From the IMG/VR virus record IMGVR_UViG_3300023297_000063, positions 1 through 29,602 of that record: 29,602 nucleotides of DNA. One strand, given 5' to 3'. Source of the DNA: a virus (Duplodnaviria > Caudoviricetes). The translations under genes and the position numbers were made by a program. The notes under the pieces were generated by a model. That model saw only the letters and a program-made list of their open reading frames with translations, did not search any database and had not been told where the DNA came from. Position 1 is the stretch's first letter. Each line of letters opens with the position of its first letter. This document shows, in pieces, positions 7,084 to 15,418 of this stretch.

Positions 7084-7581
7084 CTAATTTATAAACTTTA
7101 GATATTCTTTATTTTTAAACATAGTCCAATGATTAAAGCCCGATTTCGTATCTCTCAACAGTTTAGCATATCTTATATTTTCCTCTGGTATCTGCATTTG
7201 TTCTATGGTTATTCCTCGTGTTGGCATAATTCTTATTTGGCATAGCCCGACACTCATTCCATACTCTCCACCACCTTGCCAAAATGTCAGATGTCCGTCT
7301 CCAATTGCCATTGTGTCCTCGCCTCTGTTCTCTGCTTTACAAATTGCCCTCATTGTATTTGCTTCATCGCCAAAGTATTTCACAAACAAGTCTTGTTCTG
7401 GCTCTGGGTTGATAAATGACAACTCCTCGAACTTTATCGCCGGGGGTTCTTCTTCAATTACAAATTCGTCAGAATTTGCTAAATCTCTATTCCTCATATC
7501 ATTCATAGTCTCTGCCACTCCCCCACAAAAAGAGGCAACAAGTGGAATAATACAGATTTTAATTATTAATTTAGGAATCAT
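7084..7581 (-). CDS. Lysozyme-like / lytic transglycosylase with N-terminal signal or anchor
   Basis: AICKAEN (catalytic Glu position), SVGLCQI (GLxQI), PEENIRYA, GFNHW. Confidence 0.7.
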   Translation of the reverse strand: MIPKLIIKICIIPLVASFCGGVAETMNDMRNRDLANSDEFVIEEEPPAIKFEELSFINPEPEQDLFVKYFGDEANTMRAICKAENRGEDTMAIGDGHLTFWQGGGEYGMSVGLCQIRIMPTRGITIEQMQIPEENIRYAKLLRDTKSGFNHWTMFKNKEYLKFIN

Positions 7582-7784
7582 TTTGTTTCTTTATTAGTTA
7601 TTTGATATGCGTTTTTATAATCTTTAACATTAAAATCTTCAATATCATAAACATTGCTACCGATTAAAACATCAACCTGCCATTCTTCAAGTTTTATACT
7701 ATTGTTCGCAAACAATAAACGAACTGCTCCCGTCTTGTCTTGGAAAACTTCTATTTGATTTTTGAATTTATCTTTTAATTTCAT
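7578..7784 (-). CDS. Hypothetical protein
   Basis: GAGGAG SD; coupled overlaps. Confidence 0.6.
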   Translation of the reverse strand: MKLKDKFKNQIEVFQDKTGAVRLLFANNSIKLEEWQVDVLIGSNVYDIEDFNVKDYKNAYQITNKETK

Positions 7785-7990
7785 TTTTCTCCTCTTTTAA
7801 ATTCTGTTAAAAATAATTGATACTCTGTTTTACACTTTGGACAAATCAAAAGAAACAACTCTGGCTTTTTTATGTTCTCAAACGTATTCTCTGGGCTGAT
7901 GTTTATATGCTCTTGGCAATCTGATTTAGGACATTTCAGATATGAAAATGATGGTTTCATATTTATTGGTAACCATTTCTTTCTACTCAT
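7781..7990 (-). CDS. Small Zn-ribbon protein
   Basis: CPKSDC...CPKC; AAGGAGG SD. Confidence 0.65.
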   Translation of the reverse strand: MSRKKWLPINMKPSFSYLKCPKSDCQEHINISPENTFENIKKPELFLLICPKCKTEYQLFLTEFKRGEK

Positions 7991-8160
7991 TCTACCTCCT
8001 TACCAGAATCGAGCACAACACCTGACAGCTGTCGAAGAACGGTTTCGTTTTCAGAGTTGGCATATCTCATTAATGCGTCAAGGTTTCTTTGAGTGATTGC
8101 CCACCCCTTCCCGTCAATGATGAACATTTTATTTTCCCCGTCTAGTTTTATTCTCTTCAT
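7987..8160 (-). CDS. Small hypothetical protein, 57 aa (MKRIKLDGENK...), absent from the ORF track
   Basis: GAGG SD; ATGA overlap with the next gene. Confidence 0.6.
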   Translation of the reverse strand: MKRIKLDGENKMFIIDGKGWAITQRNLDALMRYANSENETVLRQLSGVVLDSGKEVE

Positions 8161-8192
8161 TTTTCCTCTCTTTCTAAGAATGCGTGAGCATT

Positions 8193-8426
8193 CTATATTA
8201 TATTTCTATTAACTAAATCCATATACAAAACAACAACACCCGCAACAATAGCTAATATCTTAATCCATTGAATAAACGATATCCTCACACGATAACTTCT
8301 AAGGCGTCTTTTGGGCATTGACTCAACAGGGACACCAATTCTTTCGTCTTTGCCTAAAAACACCCTTCTATCTTTGAAGCGTCTGTCTACGCTTTCGACT
8401 CTTTTGCCGTTGTAAAATACTCTCAT
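8193..8426 (-). CDS. Small basic protein with C-terminal transmembrane helix
   Basis: First ORF after the leftward promoter; ILAIVAGVVVLY segment. Confidence 0.55.
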   Translation of the reverse strand: MRVFYNGKRVESVDRRFKDRRVFLGKDERIGVPVESMPKRRLRSYRVRISFIQWIKILAIVAGVVVLYMDLVNRNII

Positions 8427-8458
8427 ATGAAGCGTGATATATTAAATTGTTAAAGGGC

Positions 8459-8487
8459 TTGACAGGTGCGTTGTTTGCTGATATTGT
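8459..8487 (+). promoter_or_regulatory. Rightward sigma70-type promoter candidate
   Basis: TTGACA, 17 nt, TATTGT with extended TG. Confidence 0.5.
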
Positions 8488-8538
8488 TTAATTGTTAACC
8501 AGTTGTCCAGCACCTGCCACTTTCTGTGTCCTACGGAC

Positions 8539-8567
8539 AGTATAGCAAGGATAATGCTAGTTGTCAA
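8539..8567 (-). promoter_or_regulatory. Leftward sigma70-type promoter
   Basis: TTGACA, 17 nt, TATACT with extended TG. Confidence 0.75.
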
Positions 8568-8667
8568 TACTAAAGCATACTAGATACCAATATATATAGT
8601 GTAGGAGTACATAAAACAAAACAAAAGATAATCGGAGAGGTACAAATGCGTAAGCATTTGCTAATAA

Positions 8668-8847
8668 ATGTTAATAAAGTTCACAACAGATGAAATAAGT
8701 ACACTTGCCACCACCAAAGACGGTAACTATCAACTACCTATAAAGATGCTAATGCCTCAGGCCGAGATTAAGGCCAGAGCAGAGATTGTAAACTTGCCGA
8801 TTGACTGTTCATATAAGATAACCATTGAACCAATACCCAACGAGTAA
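8668..8847 (+). CDS. Small hypothetical protein, 59 aa (MLIKFTTDEIS...), absent from the ORF track
   Basis: Fills the gap before terS; preceded by a repeat hairpin, no SD. Confidence 0.5.
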   Translation: MLIKFTTDEISTLATTKDGNYQLPIKMLMPQAEIKARAEIVNLPIDCSYKITIEPIPNE

Positions 8848-8901
8848 ACGCCGTTGGTTTTTATTATTAAAAGTAAGAATGCGTAAGCATTCTCTAAGTC
8901 T

Positions 8902-9321
8902 ATGCCAACAAACAAACAGAGAGAGTACGTCAAAGTCAAAGTATCTGATAACATCAGTACGGATAAGGCACTAGCATTGAAAGCAGGGTATTCCGAGACT
9001 ACGAGCAGAAGAGTAGTCCAAATAAACCGTTCCAAAGGCGTACAGGAACTCATAGCAGAAGCCAATGCAACTGAAGGCTTAACAGATGAAAGTGTCTTAA
9101 AGGTCATCTCAAGGGCAGTTAATCAGAAGGATTACCGCAAGGGTGCAACGGTAGCTATGAATTGGCTTAGTCTTAAGTACAAGACTAGCACCCCAACACA
9201 AGACAACCGCAAGGTTACTATCAACCCCGATGCAGAGAAGCTAGATAAACAGGCACATATATATATATCACAGAAGTACAATATGACAGTTCCAGAGCTA
9301 AGAAAAAGACTAAAAGCATAG
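8902..9321 (+). CDS. terS: Terminase small subunit
   Basis: ALKAGYSETT HTH signature; upstream of TerL. Confidence 0.65.
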   Translation: MPTNKQREYVKVKVSDNISTDKALALKAGYSETTSRRVVQINRSKGVQELIAEANATEGLTDESVLKVISRAVNQKDYRKGATVAMNWLSLKYKTSTPTQDNRKVTINPDAEKLDKQAHIYISQKYNMTVPELRKRLKA

Positions 9322-9444
9322 GGGTCCCACCCCCACACACATATATATAGTACCTTACAAGGCTACACCGAGACTAAATTTTTATAAGTATTTTTACGAA
9401 GTCATACAGAATATATTTTTTATTAGTAATTTTGAGAGGCGACT

Positions 9445-9858
9445 ATGAAGTGTTTACAGTGTGGAGAGGAGTTTGAGGCTAAGAGAAAAACAGCAAAGTA
9501 TTGTAGTGACAAGTGTAGAAAGTTAGCGTTCTTGGAAGAAGGAGTTAGCGTTCCAAAGGAAAAGCCCGTTGAGACTGTTAGCGTTCTGGGAGATAGCGTT
9601 CCAGAAGTTAGCGTTCTTAATAAGTGTGACGATGAGCTAAGTGTGACAAACCCGTTGAAAAGAATTACAAAGGTCCCAAAATTCTTTGAAGGTTATTACG
9701 AAAGCGAAACTTACAAGAACTTAATCGAAGAGTTAGAACAGAAACCTATTAAACAATTAGAAGACGAGGGATACTTTATCCCCGCTTGGAAGTACACAGG
9801 CTATAGAAAGAAACCCAGTATGAAGGGATTATTAAAGGAAGCAAGATGTACAGAATAA
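9445..9858 (+). CDS. Zn-finger protein with internal VSV repeats
   Basis: CLQCG...YCSDKCR; GAGG SD. Confidence 0.7.
   Translation: MKCLQCGEEFEAKRKTAKYCSDKCRKLAFLEEGVSVPKEKPVETVSVLGDSVPEVSVLNKCDDELSVTNPLKRITKVPKFFEGYYESETYKNLIEELEQKPIKQLEDEGYFIPAWKYTGYRKKPSMKGLLKEARCTE
9522..9616 (+). repeat. Five copies of GWTAGCGTTC
   Basis: Copies at 9522, 9544, 9577, 9592, 9607. Confidence 0.8.
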
Positions 9859-10025
9859 TTAAAGACAAAAAAGAACTCTCTTATCCTATGGAGATTAAAT
9901 ATATGTACGACACTTTGGAAAGTGTCTATGGGATTAAACGAGAAGACGCTTCTAAGAAGTTGGGTATAGACCTACCTGAAGATTCTTACGAGTGGACAGA
10001 ACGCATTCAAAAGTATCAATCTTAA
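9846..10025 (+). CDS. Small hypothetical protein, 59 aa (MYRIIKDKK...), absent from the ORF track
   Basis: AAGGA SD; fills the gap. Confidence 0.5.
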   Translation: MYRIIKDKKELSYPMEIKYMYDTLESVYGIKREDASKKLGIDLPEDSYEWTERIQKYQS

Positions 10026-10055
10026 TTAGTATTAGTAATTAAATAAGGAGCTAAT

Positions 10056-10247
10056 GTGAAAAAGATAACATTAAAGATTGAAAAGACAAAGATGGGTTAC
10101 TGTATCGAGTACGATAAATTTGTGAACATCATCTCGTATGGGCCAGGAGAGAACGAGAGAATAACAGAACACCACGAAATAAACGGACTTGGGAGTAGCC
10201 TACCAAACCAACTTAAAAGGATTGTCAAAGAAGAATTGGACAAATAA
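10056..10247 (+). CDS. Hypothetical protein
   Basis: AAGGAG SD; GTG start. Confidence 0.6.
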   Translation: MKKITLKIEKTKMGYCIEYDKFVNIISYGPGENERITEHHEINGLGSSLPNQLKRIVKEELDK

Positions 10248-10248
10248 T

Positions 10249-10452
10249 ATGGACATATCTCAACTAGACAAATTAGAAGAATTACATAGATTAAATCCAA
10301 ACTATGACAAAGACCAGAAAATATGTAAAACGTGTGGTAAGAAAATTCTTGAAAAAGGTGATATTGCTTTAGCAGGAGACTTTTGTGTCGGTCATACAAA
10401 AAAAGAAATAGATGAGTATGGCGAAAGACTTAATGAATATATAAAAGAATAA
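10249..10452 (+). CDS. Small CxxC protein whose N-terminus (MDISQLD) duplicates that of TerL
   Basis: ATG 1 nt after the upstream stop; CKTCG. Confidence 0.55.
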   Translation: MDISQLDKLEELHRLNPNYDKDQKICKTCGKKILEKGDIALAGDFCVGHTKKEIDEYGERLNEYIKE

Positions 10453-10454
10453 CT

Positions 10455-11891
10455 ATGGACATATCTCAATTAGATGCCTTGGCGGCTTACACTAACCAGA
10501 CCGAAAAGCTGGGAGACTTATATCATTTCAATAACGAAGTGTTGGGTTATGACAAAATGGCGACCGAACCCCACCGTGAGATGTGTGACTCTGTACAGTA
10601 TGGTGGAGACCGCCAACTGCATCTATGGCCTAGAGGACATTTCAAAAGCACCTGTATTACAATAGGTTATTCTCTCTACTTGCTAGCTCAAGACCCGAAC
10701 ATTAGAATCTTTATAGGGAACTCCGTCTTACAGAACGCTAAGTCCTTTTTACGAGAAATCAAAGGTCACCTAAGAGATAATGAGAAGTTAAAAGAGATTA
10801 TGGGTGAGACCGTTAATAAAGACGACAAGTGGACAGAGACAGAAATTATTCTGAAGACCCGAACCGTTAATAAGAAAGAACCGAGCATCCAGGTGGCTGG
10901 AGTGGGTCAGTCGTTGGTAAGTCAGCATTATGATGTTATGTTCTTAGACGACTTAGTAGACACCGACAACATAAACACAGCCGAGCTAATCCAAAAGACT
11001 ATTGATTGGTATAAGATGGCACTCTCCCTCTTAGAGCCTGACGGGAAGTTGGTTGCTATAGGGACCCGTTACCACTATGGAGACCTATACGGTTACTTAA
11101 TCGACAAAGACATAGACCGCAAGAAGAACAAGTTTAATCCAGAAATTCATAGTTGTTATAAGAAAGACAAGAACGGAAAGAAACTTTCTATATTCCCCTC
11201 TAGGTTTACTTTAGAGAAGCTCCGAGAACTCAAAGAAGACCAGGGTTCCTACATTTTCAGTTGCCAATACCTTAACGAACCCGTAGACGCAGAGAACGCC
11301 AAATTCAAGAAGACAGACTTTAGATACTACACAGACGAAACGCTAGGGGATAAGGAGTTATATACGATTTACATGATAGACAGAGCCTACTCACTAGCCA
11401 AGACCGCTGACTATACCGCCCACGTTATTGTCTCGATTGACAAGAACAACAACTGGTATGTGAGACACGCTATTAGAACCAAGGAGTCAGAGAAAGACCT
11501 AATTAAAAGGATATTTGATAATCGTAGGACGTTTGACATAGACAGAACAGGAATCGAACAGAAAGCCTTTAATGACACCATAGCACCGGTTTTAAGGGAA
11601 GAGATGGACAGACGTGGTGAATACTTCCAAGTAGAAGAACTTAAAGGACGAGCCTCAAAGATTTCCCGAATAGAAGCGTTAGTTCCTAGATTCGAGAGCC
11701 ACAAGGTTCACTTCAAAAAGGGAATGGATGACCTAGAAGACGAATTGTTGAGATTCCCTTCAGCACAGCACGATGACACCAGCGATGCCTTGGCGTATGG
11801 TAACGATTTAGCAAGACGACCAGTTGATAACTCTAAGAAGAAAACCCCCCAGTATCATAAGAAGACAGGGAGAGTTATTGGTTATAGATAA
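10455..11891 (+). CDS. terL: Terminase large subunit
   Basis: PRGHFKST Walker A variant, YDVMFLDD Walker B, GTRYH motif, FSCQYLNEP, HDDxxDAL nuclease motif. Confidence 0.95.
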   Translation: MDISQLDALAAYTNQTEKLGDLYHFNNEVLGYDKMATEPHREMCDSVQYGGDRQLHLWPRGHFKSTCITIGYSLYLLAQDPNIRIFIGNSVLQNAKSFLREIKGHLRDNEKLKEIMGETVNKDDKWTETEIILKTRTVNKKEPSIQVAGVGQSLVSQHYDVMFLDDLVDTDNINTAELIQKTIDWYKMALSLLEPDGKLVAIGTRYHYGDLYGYLIDKDIDRKKNKFNPEIHSCYKKDKNGKKLSIFPSRFTLEKLRELKEDQGSYIFSCQYLNEPVDAENAKFKKTDFRYYTDETLGDKELYTIYMIDRAYSLAKTADYTAHVIVSIDKNNNWYVRHAIRTKESEKDLIKRIFDNRRTFDIDRTGIEQKAFNDTIAPVLREEMDRRGEYFQVEELKGRASKISRIEALVPRFESHKVHFKKGMDDLEDELLRFPSAQHDDTSDALAYGNDLARRPVDNSKKKTPQYHKKTGRVIGYR

Positions 11892-11899
11892 GGAGTGGG

Positions 11900-12103
11900 A
11901 TGACCAAAAAAATCAAAAACAAATGTCTTAACTGTGGGGCGGACACAGAAAACAATGCCTTTTGCTCAAGGGAGTGTGTTAATGACTACTCTTTCAGAAA
12001 CCGTGGAGGTTACACTTCCCAAGAAAGAAAACAGTATATGATTTTTTACCAAATCAGAGTCGAACAGATGAACAGTAATGAATATTATTTAGGTAAATGG
12101 TAA
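11900..12103 (+). CDS. Small Zn-finger protein
   Basis: CLNCG...FCSREC; AAGGAG SD. Confidence 0.65.
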   Translation: MTKKIKNKCLNCGADTENNAFCSRECVNDYSFRNRGGYTSQERKQYMIFYQIRVEQMNSNEYYLGKW

Positions 12104-12136
12104 ATCATCTATTGACAAGGTGGTAAAAAATGGTTA

Positions 12137-14008
12137 ATGAGTTACTTAATGGCAAAAGAAACAACCACAACCAAAGAAAAGAGCAAGGAGAAAGACAAAG
12201 AGACCAACGAAAAGATGTTGACTCTTTGGCAAGAGCGTTACTCGAAAGCATTGTCCAGCCAAGACTCCTGGTTTAAGAAGGTGTCGGCTTGGTACGACCT
12301 CCTGTACGCTTATTTGGATGACGGAGACATGGAATGGCACTCCAGAGTGTTTGAACCTTTGATGACTTCCAAGGTTTGGAACTTAATATCTAAGATAGTC
12401 GCTGGTGACCCAGGTTGGTTAGCCAATCCCGTAGGAGAAAAGAACGAAGAAGTCGCACTAAAGGCTATCGCCGCAGAAGAAACTCTAAAATACTACTCAA
12501 ACAACTCCAATTTAGACCTATCACTTAAAGAGATGTTCACAATAACTACCCTAGACGCTGCTACAGCGGGTATAGGGTATGTAAAAGTGCCTTGGACTAC
12601 TAAAAACAAGGCATACCACGAGAAAAATGTTGATGAGTACGGAAACATAGACACAGAAGAGACTAGAATCACCAAAACAGTCATAGGTTACCCAGATGCG
12701 ACTAATTTGTCGGTGTTTGACGTGTTATTTGCTCCATCCACAGGAAATGCTCTTCAAAAGGCTCCATACATCATCTGTAAGGGCTATCAGCCGATGTCAG
12801 ACCTAAAACAGAAGAACGAAGACACCCCTGGTTACTACAAGAACCTTTCAAATTTATCGTCAAAACCAGGCTCGGATACCACACAATATTCCCTATCTAG
12901 GAACAGACTATCAGACCAAGACAGCGAACACGATGACCCAACCATAGATTCAGTAGAGATGTGGGAGTGTTATGAGCGAATAGGCGACAAAATCTACATC
13001 ACGGTCATAGGAAACAGAAAAACCATCCTTAAACCTAAGAGATTACTAGACTACTGGCACGGAAAGTATCCAATCATAGCTTTCAGACTAAAACCTAAGA
13101 GTAAGTCTTTAGTCGGAGAGTCATTATTCGAGACCAACGAGAGACTTCTTTGGGGAATCAACGATTTAACAAACCATTTCCTAGACGCTTGGAACCTAGC
13201 CAACAACCCGATGATACTTCAAGAGGAAACTACTGTCGTAGATTCATATGAGGTAGCCCCAGGAAACCAAATCACTTATAAGGGAACACAGGAACCAAAA
13301 CCTTTCATGCTTCCACAACCACCTGTGCGTTCATACAGTGGAATCAGAGATACCCTAGCCGCTGACATAGACCAGAATACAATTTCCTCATATCAGACAG
13401 GTGCTCCGCTAGACTCATCGGACAAGACAGCAGGAACTAAGGGTGGAATACAAGCCATTCAGGCTGCTGGTGACGACATGATTGAGCTTTACAGAAGTTT
13501 CTTCCGAGAGGGTGTTAAAGAGCTTGGAACAATGTGGTTACAATTAGTACAACAGTATCAAGACCGTTCAATATGGGTTCAGATTACAGGAGAGAATGGC
13601 GTAGACAACGCAGAAATTTCCCCAGAGATGGTACAGGGAGAGTTCGATGTTCAAATAGAAGAGAACTCAATGCGACCACAGAACGAGGAGTTGGAAATTA
13701 CTAAGACCTCCGCCTTTACAGACAAGATGCTACAAATCGAACAGATGTCCCTACAGACAGCCACACCGATATTCTTAAACCACGAACAGCTCGTTAAAGA
13801 CACAGCACAGGGATTCAACAAGAAGAACACAAGCAAATACCTACAAGAACCACCACAACAGATGATGGGGCAAGGTGAAGAACCCGGTCTGGAACAAGGT
13901 TTAGAACAGGAACCACAGCTACCGCCTCCACTACCAGAACAAGAGCCTCAAATGCCGCCACCACTTCCAGAGCAAGAACCACAAATGCCACCACCATTAC
14001 CTGAATAG
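12137..14008 (+). CDS. Portal protein (podovirus, P22/SU10-like)
   Basis: 623 aa after TerL; GIGYVKV, YPIIAF, LANNP, KTAG..GG, GEFDVQI patterns; Pro/Gln-rich tail; start may be 12149. Confidence 0.88.
   Translation: MSYLMAKETTTTKEKSKEKDKETNEKMLTLWQERYSKALSSQDSWFKKVSAWYDLLYAYLDDGDMEWHSRVFEPLMTSKVWNLISKIVAGDPGWLANPVGEKNEEVALKAIAAEETLKYYSNNSNLDLSLKEMFTITTLDAATAGIGYVKVPWTTKNKAYHEKNVDEYGNIDTEETRITKTVIGYPDATNLSVFDVLFAPSTGNALQKAPYIICKGYQPMSDLKQKNEDTPGYYKNLSNLSSKPGSDTTQYSLSRNRLSDQDSEHDDPTIDSVEMWECYERIGDKIYITVIGNRKTILKPKRLLDYWHGKYPIIAFRLKPKSKSLVGESLFETNERLLWGINDLTNHFLDAWNLANNPMILQEETTVVDSYEVAPGNQITYKGTQEPKPFMLPQPPVRSYSGIRDTLAADIDQNTISSYQTGAPLDSSDKTAGTKGGIQAIQAAGDDMIELYRSFFREGVKELGTMWLQLVQQYQDRSIWVQITGENGVDNAEISPEMVQGEFDVQIEENSMRPQNEELEITKTSAFTDKMLQIEQMSLQTATPIFLNHEQLVKDTAQGFNKKNTSKYLQEPPQQMMGQGEEPGLEQGLEQEPQLPPPLPEQEPQMPPPLPEQEPQMPPPLPE
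13904..14005 (+). repeat. Three 33-nt tandem repeats encoding EQEPQ(L/M)PPPLP
   Basis: Peptide nearly identical while synonymous codons differ. Confidence 0.85.
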
Positions 14009-14031
14009 AATAAATCAACTAAGGAGGATTT

Positions 14032-14349
14032 ATGAAAGAGCCAGAACAAAAGAAAAAAGCCGAGAAGGCCATAGACAGAGCAGAAAAGGTCAACTATATG
14101 CAGGGGACTGAGGGTTGGGGTATTATAGCCAAGGCCATAGAGGATGAGATTGGGTGGGCTTTTGATAAGTCAGTAGCACCGGGGTTCAGAGAGGAAGTAA
14201 AAGAGAAGGCAGAAGTTTACTTTGAGCACTACGGATATGTGAACGGCTTGAAACAAGTTGAGGCAATCGTAAAAAAGGTTATGAGAACAGCCGAAGTGGC
14301 AAGAAAGGACATTGACAAATGGGAATTAAGGAAGAGCCAACGTTCCTAG
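14032..14349 (+). CDS. Hypothetical protein, head module
   Basis: AAGGAGG SD; TEGW motif common in genes following portals. Confidence 0.75.
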   Translation: MKEPEQKKKAEKAIDRAEKVNYMQGTEGWGIIAKAIEDEIGWAFDKSVAPGFREEVKEKAEVYFEHYGYVNGLKQVEAIVKKVMRTAEVARKDIDKWELRKSQRS

Positions 14350-14561
14350 AGGGAGAACACGGTAGATACAAAAATCCCATATTTGGAAGTGTTTCGCTCG
14401 TTAAAAACAAGGACATGAAAACTGTTCACGACTTTAACCACGAGCATTATTGGGAGATTGAACAAGAGTACCCAGAGTTCACCAATGTTAAGTGCAAGTG
14501 TGGTAAGGGCAAGATGCTCGCCAAAGGCATGACAGTTAAAGATGGCAAAATTGTAGTTTGA
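14319..14561 (+). CDS. Hypothetical protein
   Basis: AAGGA SD; HEH...CKCG. Confidence 0.65.
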   Translation: MGIKEEPTFLEGEHGRYKNPIFGSVSLVKNKDMKTVHDFNHEHYWEIEQEYPEFTNVKCKCGKGKMLAKGMTVKDGKIVV

Positions 14562-14658
14562 GATGTCGAAGGGAAGGTCGCCTCCTTTCGACTTCTTAGG
14601 CTAATAATTAACGACCCCTTGACCGAGGGTGGCTAATATATCGGTGGCTAGGAGGAAT

Positions 14659-15372
14659 ATGCCTGAAGAAAATGCTGCAAAAGTGGAGCAAGCTCCAGCG
14701 GTAGAAGAAACTACCGAGACGGAATCAGCACCCGTTGAAGAAAACACTTCCGAGGAAGTTCAACCGTCAGAGAAGACGAATGAGGTAGAAAACACTGAGC
14801 CAGTCGAGAAGATGGTACCCCTGTCTGCTTTACAAAAGGAAAGAGGTAGGCGTAAAGAAGCGGAGCAATACTCTCGCCAATTTACACAGGAAGAAGTTCA
14901 GCCAGCGGTTGAGCCTCAACTCCCGCCTGAGTTACCAGAACAGGAGAATGTGCAACGTTCAGAGCCAAGTAATCCGAATTACATGACTCGTGACGAGTAT
15001 GATTTTAAGGAAAGCGAACGCCAAAGATGGTCAGAAGTAGAAACTGAGTTCCCTCAACTGAAGGACAACCCAGAGTTACGGAAACTTGCTGAGTCAACAA
15101 GGGAAACCTCTCTTATTAAAGAGGGCAAGTACATGACTCCTAGTGAGTCTGCCAAAGCAATTGTAGACCTTTTTGGAAAAGCTAAATTCGATGGTCAGAA
15201 AGCTGCACAGGAATCTGTTGAAATACAAAAACGTGGACAGTTAGAAGGAAGCGGTTCTAAAGTGGACAACAAGTCACAGAACGAAAAGGAGTTGATGGAC
15301 ACTATTAAAAAGACCACCGACCCCAACGTTCAGAACAACGCACTTCACAATTTATTAAAAGAAGAAGACTAA
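14659..15372 (+). CDS. Capsid scaffolding protein (likely start MPEEN)
   Basis: AGGAGG SD; acidic disordered N-terminus, VPLSALQKER..RK motif; directly before the capsid gene. Confidence 0.8.
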   Translation: MPEENAAKVEQAPAVEETTETESAPVEENTSEEVQPSEKTNEVENTEPVEKMVPLSALQKERGRRKEAEQYSRQFTQEEVQPAVEPQLPPELPEQENVQRSEPSNPNYMTRDEYDFKESERQRWSEVETEFPQLKDNPELRKLAESTRETSLIKEGKYMTPSESAKAIVDLFGKAKFDGQKAAQESVEIQKRGQLEGSGSKVDNKSQNEKELMDTIKKTTDPNVQNNALHNLLKEED

Positions 15373-15418
15373 GAAGGCGGCCTAGTCCTTGGCGATTTCT
15401 GTATAACGAAGGACAAAA

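Noticed and set aside
12112-12140. Promoter before the portal gene
   Set aside because: TTGACA is present but no convincing -10 lies at 16-18 nt
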